A program made the translations under genes and the position numbers. A DNA stretch of 52,845 nt, filler included, from Stramenopiles sp. TOSAG23-2 (Eukaryota): assembly GCA_900128395.1 (NCBI GenBank). It is 3 parts of 3 records of this genome, joined end to end, with 100 filler letters (N's around TTAATTAATTAA, not from the genome) between each part and the next. Parts side by side here need not be neighbours in the genome. Positions count along the whole stretch, not along the records: positions 1 to 17,565 come from LT649637.1; 2 more parts are not named here. One strand, 5' to 3'. Positions 1 through 9,300 of the stretch are shown piece by piece (within the stretch, counting starts at the first letter, position 1; each line of letters opens with the position of its first letter). The notes beneath the pieces are model-generated. The model saw only the letters and a list, made by a program, of their open reading frames with translations. It ran no database searches and was not told the DNA's origin.

Positions 1-888
1 GATTTTGTTGATATTGCCTGGCTTGAAGAACTTTCATCTCTTTATTCATCTTACACGCGACAATTGCGTAGACCCAAAAACAAGATGTGGCTGAAAGTAA
101 AACCATGCTGTGGTCGCCTTGGTAACAGGTTGTTTCAATTGGCATCTGGATATGGTATTGCAGCAACACATGGTGCCATTTTGTGTTTTCCAAGATGGCG
201 AATGACTCTTTTGCCTACCTTACTCCAAGGCCCCTTTCCTCCCGATTGTCCCAACGTGTTTCCGCAACATCCACACTATGAAGCGGGCAATTCCATGTTC
301 CAACATTTTCCGAAAAGGGACAACATGTTTGTGGGTACGTATCTGCAGTCGTGGCGTTATTTTGACTTCATTAAAGAGGATATTAGGAAACATCTACATA
401 TAAAAGAGGACATTAAAAGACAAGCCGAAGATTACGTAAGCGCACACGGTGGTACTTTAAATACGGTGGGCATCCACGTACGTAAAAACTATGAAGATAC
501 TAACCTAAAATTTCCACCAGAAACATACTTTGAACACGCCATGGGACATTTTCAAGGTGGCGTACGCTTTATTGTTGTGAGTGACAACGCTACTTGGTGT
601 ACGGAACAAACAATGTTCAAACGTCCCAACATCCACATCATTACGGCGCCCCATACCCCTGCGTTGGACTTGGCAATTTTGGCGAGTTGTGACGCAGTTA
701 TTATGACTATTGGTACCTTTGGATGGTGGGGTGGATGGTTGTCTGGCGGCGAGGTCGTGTACTACAAAGACGCGTTTTTGATGGACCATGAGTTAAACAA
801 AGGCAAGGTGGTGGTGGCGGACCACTATCCGGAGGAGTGGGTGGGTTTGGGGGACGATGCGCCCCTGTCGGAGGCAAAAATAAACTAG
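1..888 (+). CDS. Alpha-1,2-fucosyltransferase-like domain (CAZy GT11), 5'-partial; probably part of a frameshifted multidomain gene
   Basis: Frame 1 is open from base 1. Motifs GRLGNRLFQLASGYGIA, VGTYLQSWRYF, VGIHVR, FIVVSDN and DLAILASCDAVIMTIGTFGWWGGWL are typical of GT11. Confidence 0.85.
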   Translation, partial: DFVDIAWLEELSSLYSSYTRQLRRPKNKMWLKVKPCCGRLGNRLFQLASGYGIAATHGAILCFPRWRMTLLPTLLQGPFPPDCPNVFPQHPHYEAGNSMFQHFPKRDNMFVGTYLQSWRYFDFIKEDIRKHLHIKEDIKRQAEDYVSAHGGTLNTVGIHVRKNYEDTNLKFPPETYFEHAMGHFQGGVRFIVVSDNATWCTEQTMFKRPNIHIITAPHTPALDLAILASCDAVIMTIGTFGWWGGWLSGGEVVYYKDAFLMDHELNKGKVVVADHYPEEWVGLGDDAPLSEAKIN

Positions 889-1644
889 TGGTGCTGGATA
901 GTTCGAAGGAAAAGTCCGGAAGTACTATTGTCACGGCATACTTTGACATCAAATCCAAGTACTCGTCTTCCGTGTACGACACCTGGATGGCGAACATGTT
1001 GTCGTTGCAAGACGCCATGGTTATCTACACGACGCCAGACTTGGTGGACACGATTCGGGGGTTTCGCAAACACACCGGCGCGTTGACTCATATCATACCG
1101 ATGCATCTCGAACATACCAAAATGGCCACGAAGTATTCGGACGCATTTTGGAAAGTGCAACATGCCATGGACCCGGAAAAGTCGATTCACAGCCCAAACC
1201 TGTATAAAATTGGGAATGAGAAAAGCAACTGGTTAAAACGTGCAAGTGTCCTGAACCCATTCCACTCGAACTTTTTTGCATGGGTCGACATTGGTTACTT
1301 TCGTTCAAAGTACAAAAATGGCAAGCAGATCCTCCGTCACATACCCCCTTCGCTTCAAAGAAACCAAGTTCTGACTCGATGTCACGTCGTTAGTTGTTCG
1401 TTCCAATTACATTGGAGGCGGCTTCATTGGAGGGTACGCGGACGGTATTCAGCGATGGCACACCGCATACTACGCCATGTTGGAGGCCCACGAAAAAGAA
1501 TTTATCGGCAAAGACCAGCCGTGGGTGTGGAAGACGTGCGACGCGACTCCGGGGTTGTGTGAGGTGGTGGTGCCCGATGGAGAACACGGTGACCCGTGGT
1601 TCTATATGGCGCCGTACATGATGAGTGAAATAAAAAAGACATAA
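861..1644 (+). pseudogene. HtrL/YibB-family domain split by a frameshift at about 1372
   Basis: Frame 3 gives TIVTAYFD..MLSLQDAMVIYT..NEKSNWLKRASVLNPFHSNFFAWVDIGYFR. Frame 1 from 1375 continues LDVTSLVVRSNYIGGGFIGGYADGIQRWHTAYYAMLEAHEKEFIGKDQ...GDPWFYMAPYMMSEIKKT*, which matches the HtrL C-terminal GGF.GG, FIGKDQ and DPWFY motifs. Confidence 0.75.
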
Positions 1645-2236
1645 ACAACAGGAAAAGGTGACCTTGCACATTTATATTATTAATCTTGAGAAACGTCGAA
1701 AACGATATGATTTGTTGCTCCAAAATTTAAATAAGATGCTTTTACCTGAAAACTGAAAATTAGATATCAACCGTGTCAATGCATCTGCTGGTAACGAAAG
1801 AAATTCATCTACCTATAGTAATTGGCGTACAACAAATGCCCACCATGATGGTAAAGTAGACGAAACCCAGAAATATTGGATTAGGAATGTAACAAACGGA
1901 GAGATAGGTTGTTATATGTCACATGTAAATACCATCATAAACACAATTGCACCATACAACACAAATGATTTACGAAAACATTACTTTTTAATGTTGGAAG
2001 ATGATGCTAACTTTAATGCATTTGAATGCTGCACAAAAAATAGCTAGAATAGATAATATTTATGAATGATATTAGCTTATGATGAATTTTTATCATCCAT
2101 TCATAAACAGCATCCTAGAGAAGATATGAATAATTTGTATAATATAAAGGAAGAATTCAATTTTTATGCTTCACAAGATATATTGATATGGCAACGTAAA
2201 GTCTCTGAAGGAGGCGATGGTATTACGAGTACATGA
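1640..2236 (+). pseudogene. Glycosyltransferase family 25 (COLGALT/Lex2B-like) remnant, absent from the ORF track
   Basis: Manual translation: LHIYIINLEKRRKRYD...PEN*KLDINRVNA...RNVTNGEIGCYMSHV...FLMLEDDANF, then from 2066 MILAYDEFLSSIHKQHPRED...GGDGITST*. Has an in-frame TGA at about 1754 and lacks the central segment. Confidence 0.8.
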
Positions 2237-2580
2237 TTCCAAAAATTGACTTTTTTTAATAATTTTAAATACACATATTTATTGAAAATATATATATACG
2301 AATATAATAAAGTACGCGCGTATTTTAATTTTTTATTTCTTACCCACATGTTGACAAATTCCTACTCTCGCCAAGAGAATATTAGTGACTGAGCCAATAT
2401 AATATTTATTCTATCTCACAAAATATGTGTCAATACATCCATAATCATTTAGGTGCGTACAGTTTAACTCCCATAACAGGAATTACCGATGAGGTAAATA
2501 GATGTTATCAACCTTCTGTTGATGAAATATGGGCATTATATGAAGGTGAAGAATAAATTTAACTTTTTTATATAATTTAT

Positions 2581-2717
2581 AAAACGATTTGAAGGAAGAA
2601 GTTAAAGAAATAGATACTGTACGGATTTACCTGGTACAAAGGTACAAAATGAATATATATAATGAAATTTTAAAAGATCCGGGTAAATAACTAAGGTTAG
2701 AGCTCTTCATTAATTAT
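2581..2717 (+). repeat. Degenerate dispersed copy of 5724-5840 (internal part of the 4739-6100 CDS) carrying several small insertions
   Basis: AAGGAAGAAGTTAAAGAAATAGATACT...ACAAAATGAATATA..TAATGAAATTTTAA...GTAAATAA is shared. The copy has extra GTACG, ACCTGGTACAAAGGT, TATA and CCGG. Confidence 0.85.
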
Positions 2718-2910
2718 GACGGTGAAATGCATACTAAATAAAAATTAGTGTTTTAAATCGTTATAATTTACGACGTATCATATCATATTTTATTCATAAT
2801 ATTTTAAAATATAATTTTTGAGTTTTATAAAATATATACGAAGTATGTAATATAGAATACTAGGATTACTCGCAACGCTTGTATTTTGATAGCTGCGGTC
2901 CTGAAAAAAA

Positions 2911-2952
2911 CCAGGCAAACCAGCAAACCAGCAAACCAGCAAACTGGCAAAA
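2911..2952 (+). repeat. Short tandem repeat (CCAGCAAA) x ~5
   Basis: ccaggcaaa ccagcaaa ccagcaaa ccagcaaa ctggcaaa. Confidence 0.85.
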
Positions 2953-3429
2953 ACTGTGACAGTATTATTTAATAGTTATGGTATTATACTACTAATACCA
3001 CCTGACAGTATAAAATTCACATGTCTATACCATAGGCGCAGTTTAAGGACCATATAGGAATAGCATTATTCTAATGCTGTATTAATAGTCTTCAACTACA
3101 TAGACACAGCATCTCGAACGCATCACATTTTTGATAGACTATTATTCATTTTATACTTGAAGTATACAATTTAACTCAGCACCTAACGTTTTATAGGCAT
3201 AATAAATTATTAGTATCAATACTTATACCTGTGTGGTACCAATACATATTTTTTCCTTTTTTTGTTGTACATTATTGAAATAATGATGAAATGCACATAT
3301 ATATTAATATAATAATAATTTATAACGGGCATACCAATTACATTCTTAGATATATACAAAAATAACGATACAGTAACTATATAAGAAATCTATGAACAGC
3401 CGGCTTCTTCAAGGCAATCATCAAGACCA

Positions 3430-3711
3430 ATGGAAAAAAAATCAACTTTGTTACCCTTTATAAATGATCAAAAGACAGAGTCTGATGATGAGCAATTTCC
3501 AACTTTTTTTACACCATTATCAATCTATGTAAATAGAGAAAAACAAGCAAGGGAGAAATATATTAAAGCAAATACATGGAAAAAATGTATAAAGTGTAAT
3601 TTACGATGGCAAATATCTTTAACTGAAGCAAAAAATGGATTGCATGGTAGAAATACTGGATTTTGTGCTACTTGTAAATACAACGTTGAAAATCCACCAC
3701 CAAAAACATGA
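3430..3711 (+). CDS. Small hypothetical protein or fragment with a CxxC...CxxC zinc-ribbon-like motif
   Basis: WKKCIKCNLRWQ...GFCATCKY in a 93-aa ORF. Confidence 0.4.
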   Translation: MEKKSTLLPFINDQKTESDDEQFPTFFTPLSIYVNREKQAREKYIKANTWKKCIKCNLRWQISLTEAKNGLHGRNTGFCATCKYNVENPPPKT

Positions 3712-4195
3712 AGGTTATAAATTTAGAATTCGATCAAAAAACGTTTGCGGTTGGTCGGAATGGTCGCCAGATACAAATAAAATATGTAGTAACGCCGCTG
3801 CTGTGGTCAAGAAGTGGGGTAGTCGTTTTATGCATTTGACATGGAAACAACCATACATAAATCGCATTCGCTTCAGAGGTACATTTGAAATTCAACGCAA
3901 AAGAATTTTAAGAAAAAGAGAAATTATGCGAATAAAATTTTTAAGAGATAAAAACAGAATTGAAGAAGCTGGAATGACAATAGAGGAACTTGGCCAATGG
4001 GTACCGAGTGGGGTATCAAAAGAGGATGATCCACAACATATTGTTGAAAATTTACTGCCTGCAACAAAGTTTATTTATCGAATAAGGCCGATCACAACAC
4101 CTGAAACGCCATGGGGGGATGGGATTGAATGTGATGAAATTAGTACAGATATGGATTGCCCAGATGCGTTCCTGGAGATTGCTTTTCTATATTAG
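3707..4195 (+). pseudogene. Fibronectin type III repeat gene fragment (about 1.5 domains)
   Basis: EGYKFRIRSKNVCGWSEWSP (FN3 F/G strands), LTWKQP and IVENLLPATKFIYRIRP. Begins mid-domain with no plausible N-terminus. Confidence 0.6.
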
Positions 4196-4738
4196 TAGTC
4201 CCGCTTAAAGCAGTTACTAATTATGTTTTTCGGATGCGTGGTTGGGGTGGAGAGACGGGAGATTGGTCGACATTTAGTGCAAAATCAAAAGTTTATCATA
4301 GTAGTAGAAGGTATTAATAAAAACAAAACGACTTGGGGCGTCTTTAAAAAAATTACTAAATTGTGTAGTACACCAATAAATATATATTTTATTATATCTT
4401 GGTCCTTTAACATCAACCTAAACCCTATGTTAACACGTTTTATATAATCGAAATTTAGTAGCTCAATATCAAGAAACCAGAGAGCTCTCTGGTCCGGGTT
4501 CAAAATGGAACAGCCTGGACAGCCTGACAGCAATCCAGCAATATCATTAGCTATTCCTATTATAACAACAACAACAACTTATCCTTATTCTTTTATTAAC
4601 CATCGTAGTACATTAAAATTTTAGTCGAAAGTATAATAAATACTATATACGAAACCAATTTGCTAATAGAAAAAATAAAAACGTTTTTGATATTTATCGA
4701 TATTGTAAATAACAATCTGATAATAGTGTACTTGTATA

Positions 4739-6100
4739 ATGAAAAGTCAAGCGGAAGGATGGTTTATTATTTTGGACCCTGCTGCAATAGTTTCTAAAAG
4801 TCAAAAATATTACATTAACTTGACTAGTTCCAATTACTTAATAATATCAACAGAACGTGGTGGGAAAGAGTTGCGTAATGTAGATGTCTCAAAATACGAT
4901 TCGCTGGCAAAAGAACAAGTCGGAAACGAAATGCACATAAAGCTTTCCAAGCACTTTAACGAAAACATTCCAAATATTCAAATGGTTACAAATATAGTAA
5001 AACAATACGAGGAAATGTACAGCAGTTTAAAAAATAGTATTATACCTTCTAGAAAAAGTAGAAACAAACAGTTACCAGAACCTGTAGATAAAATTATGCG
5101 TAAACTTAAATCACGCTTAGACCTGAATACCGGGCACTTGTATGAAATTCGAAGATTGTCGCACTCAGTGGAACGGGGTTTAATGGACAACATATGGGTA
5201 AAGCAAACCGTTGGTAAGCATCTTACTGCAGCAGAAACAACGGCTATAGAGACTTTAGAACAAGCCAAAGCAAGGTATGCACAGGGAATACAAATAATAG
5301 AAACTAATGATACACAAACACTTAAAGGTCAACTAAAAGAAATAGAAAAATCGATAGAAAAATCCTGGACTGCTACTCATAATTTTGTTTTAAACATAGG
5401 TAAACAAGAAATAAATGAAATTATAAAAGATTGGCAATTGATTGCGCATGATAGTGAGGATGAAAATAAAAAGAAGTTACAACAGATAAATGATATTATA
5501 AAAGAATATAAAGGCAACATCCGTACAGTCCAAAAAAGGGGCAAATATCTCCTGATGGACTATAAAAAAAGTAAAGCAAAAAACAAACAAATGGTTGAAT
5601 TGCATGACATTTTCAAGGATTTAACTCTTACGTTGGAAAAAGCCATTATTTCTAGAAAGGAGAAAAAGCAATTGCTTGAAGAGATTGAAAAAAAGAATGA
5701 AAGGATAGTTCAGTTGAACACAAAGAACTATTTAAAGGAAGAAGTTAAAGAAATAGATACTGATTTACAAAATGAATATAATGAAATTTTAACAAATGTA
5801 AATAATGAAGTTAGGCTTTTAAATGAAGAGTTATTATTATTGCAACAACAAGAAGCGGCGGATTTTGCTGTTGAATTAAGTGATCGAGATATTGATATAG
5901 CAAATGGGGTGGCTGATATAAAAAAGTTTGATGATGAAGATAACGAAAAAGAATTTCGAAAATGGTATTTAAAGTCATTTAAAGAGGAATATAACATTGA
6001 AAAAAGACGTGTTCAAGCAATGGAAAGTGATGATGATGAATTTTCATCTGGAAGCGATGATGACGATAATGATGACAGCTCGTCGTCATCATCCTCTTGA
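4739..6100 (+). CDS. Putative PH-like domain plus long coiled-coil protein with an acidic/Ser tail
   Basis: 453-aa intact ORF. The first ~100 aa have a PH-like pattern (AEGWF, KYYINLT, YLIIS, LRNVDV, terminal helix). The rest is K/E/Q-rich helical sequence. Confidence 0.65.
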   Translation: MKSQAEGWFIILDPAAIVSKSQKYYINLTSSNYLIISTERGGKELRNVDVSKYDSLAKEQVGNEMHIKLSKHFNENIPNIQMVTNIVKQYEEMYSSLKNSIIPSRKSRNKQLPEPVDKIMRKLKSRLDLNTGHLYEIRRLSHSVERGLMDNIWVKQTVGKHLTAAETTAIETLEQAKARYAQGIQIIETNDTQTLKGQLKEIEKSIEKSWTATHNFVLNIGKQEINEIIKDWQLIAHDSEDENKKKLQQINDIIKEYKGNIRTVQKRGKYLLMDYKKSKAKNKQMVELHDIFKDLTLTLEKAIISRKEKKQLLEEIEKKNERIVQLNTKNYLKEEVKEIDTDLQNEYNEILTNVNNEVRLLNEELLLLQQQEAADFAVELSDRDIDIANGVADIKKFDDEDNEKEFRKWYLKSFKEEYNIEKRRVQAMESDDDEFSSGSDDDDNDDSSSSSSS

Positions 6101-6273
6101 TGGACGAAAGAAATGGAAATGGGCTATGTTAAAATCTACGACGTATGTTATATACTTATTAACCATCGACGATAATGATGACAGCTCGTCGTCATCATCC
6201 TCTTGATGGACGAAAGAAATGGGAATGGGCTATGTTAAAATCTACGACGTATGTTATATACTTATTAACCATC
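6062..6273 (+). repeat. 106-bp tandem duplication of the gene 3' end (2 copies, 1 substitution)
   Basis: 6062-6167 vs 6168-6273; GGAAAT vs GGGAAT. Confidence 0.9.
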
Positions 6274-6384
6274 ATACTATTTAAATATTTAATATTTAAA
6301 TAATATATTACCTGATATAATACTTCGTATTTATAATTCGTATATATATACAGCGTATACATATATATATACTCTATCGATTCA

Positions 6385-9300
6385 TTACCATGGATAGTCA
6401 TACGTAGTTTCACCATTGGAATTATAATAGTATACGTTTCCATCGTCATCATATGCTTCTTGCCAATCGTTCGCTCCATTGCCACCACCGTAGTTGTCAT
6501 AGGATGATTCCCACCCAGAATCATTGCCACCTTCAACAGCTGCGGTAGCATTTGCAGCATTTTCATCCGGTCCATCATAATCATCTGGTTTTGTATATGT
6601 TGATTCACCATCGTTGGTGTAATAATATGGTGTATTTTCATCATCGTATTCTACTTTCCATTTTGAGTCTTTTTCAGCTGGTTTTTCATCATCGTCACTG
6701 GATGCTTCTTCCTCTTCCTCCTCGCTGGAATCTTCAGCATCAGAATCTTCTTCTGTCATTTCCTCTTCAACTTCTTCTTTAATGTCATCCATATCATCCG
6801 GTTCGTCACCAAAAGTTCTAGGATCATCATAATTTGATTCTCCGGTCTCGTTGTTATACCAATATTCGCCAGTTCCATACCCGTCATCGGGCACTAGTTC
6901 CCATTGAGCATCTTTTTCACGAAGGTCCGCTCTTTCCTGTAGTTTTGCTTTTAAACGTTTGTCAAATTTAATCTGTCTAATTTGTCCGCGTTCTATTTTA
7001 CGAGCTTTTTTTCTTGCAGCAGAACCTTTTTCCGCAACAAAGTCGGCTAATCTTCCGCCAATGCCAGCTAATCGCATACTTCTTGATAGATCTTTCAATC
7101 CCTCTCCTATAGATTCATTTAGACCTTTTCTTCTATCAATCAATTTGTTGATAGCATTCTTCCTTGCTTTTTTAGCATTTCGAACAGCTGCCTCTCCAAT
7201 TTTTCCTTCTTCAACGCCTAATATTTTTGCCGCTACTTTCCCTGTAAGTTTTGCCGTAAGTTTCGCTGCTTCGATTGATTTCTGTTTCACTAACTCGGCA
7301 TTTTCTCCATTCATTGCCGCTTTTAACATTTCAGCAGTCTTTTTAGCATCTGCTTGTGTTTTTGCAAGTCCAGTCAATCGTTCGCCAACATATTTTGATT
7401 TTTCAATATCTTCCTCCGTTAACCATTCAAATTTTTCTCGTAGCTCAGACTCGTATAATTCCAATGGTATCAATTTTCTTACCCGCTCTTCGTGTGAATC
7501 TGTTTCAAGTACATCCCCACGTCCTAGGAAGCTCAACATTTTATATCGCATAGAGCCTTTAACAGCATTTGCCTTTCCTTCCCTACGCTCCCTAGCTATT
7601 CTTGCCTCTTGTGCATTTAAAATTACTGGATACCACAATCTTCGCGCTTTTTTCATGCGATACAAGCCTTGGATTTTCTTAACTGCTTCAATGACACGCC
7701 ATCTTTCTTCTCGTTTCTCACGCTTGATTTTCTCTTCCTTTTCTCTTTCTGCCTCTCTATCTCGTAGAAGTTTCTCACGAAATTCCCTCATGCTTCTAGT
7801 TTCTAATGGTAGCTCGTAGCATTCGTAACCTTGCGGATAATACCATGAATTGTAGCAACGTTTGCACATTTGATCTCCACCACAATCTACTCGAACAGCA
7901 TTTGCTTTTTCCTGATCTTCGCATGATTTACATAATGGTATCAATGGCTCACATGTGTGTTGCATCAATGCGCCTTGGCTATGCGCTTTCCAGTAACAAG
8001 TGTCACAATAGAAATCACCACATTGATGACATTCTCTAGATCCAATTTGATATTCGCATTCAACACAACATTCAATTGGGAATTTTGCATGACTTTTTCT
8101 CTTACCTTTACTATGAAACGAATCAAAACAATTTTTGCAATAAAAGTCATCGCAATCAACACAATAAAATGACACTGTCAAATCATTGCATTGATCGCAT
8201 AGTTTAACAAATTCAATATCTGGATCTGGTAATTCAATAACTGTTCTCACATCGATGCCACGACGTAGCCATTTTATCTTCTTCCACCTAACAGAATTGC
8301 ATTTTGGATTATGCCAATACGGCAATTTAGATACTGGATCGATGTATTTTTTCACCGTATTTCTATATTTTTCAATTAATAACCTTCGTGCTTGGCGCCT
8401 CCTCCATCTTCGTTGCAAACATGCAAGTTTTTTTCCTTTTATTTGATTTTCTTTATGTATATGATAATTGCGTTTAGTAATCGCGAACAAACTTCTGCCC
8501 CAAAATCCACGTACGCAACGTTGAATGCGATTCGCAGCCCAATTAGCACGACCTTTTAGATACTTATCTAATTTCTTTCTATATTTGAACCCAGGTAATT
8601 TTTTAGATGTACCAGCAAGTACATGTTCATCAATTAGCTTGAAAAATCGTGCTCGTTGTCCTGTATGAAATCTATAATTCTTGACATAATAATCCGTGAT
8701 AGTTCCTTTTTCATTCCGAATGGCATAGCGAATGTCAGCTAATAAACTCAATGCAATGCAAAATCCTTGAAAAGAAACACCTTTGACAATTTTCTTTTTT
8801 GCCGGTCCACGTTGCTTGCTTTGCTTCAACGCCTCTTCTTCTGCTTGTTTCTTTGCAATTCCAATGGCTTTAGCAAAGCTTAAATCTACTTCCATAGCAT
8901 TGACTGCTCGCCCTCCAGTTTTAAATGCGTGTTTTTTCTGTTTTTTCGATTTTTTTTTCTTGGATTCAATTAAGCCACTCATTTGCTTCACAGCATTTAA
9001 AAATTTCATGGATTCCATACTCGATGCAGGTTTACTATAAAATAAATACAAATCGCGTAACGGTTCGCATAAACGATATGCCTCTGCACTAGTTGAACAA
9101 CCAGGATCTGCAACTTTACGTTCTAAAATTTTTAAATGCTTACTACTAATAGGAAAGCCTAATCTTAAAATCATTCGATCGCACTCGTATATCATAGCTT
9201 CGGCAAATCGTTGTGTAACAAAAGTTTTAATTTCAAACTTAGCATGCATAAATTCTCGCTGTCGTTCTGCTTTGTGTCTACCAATATATTGACGAACGAT

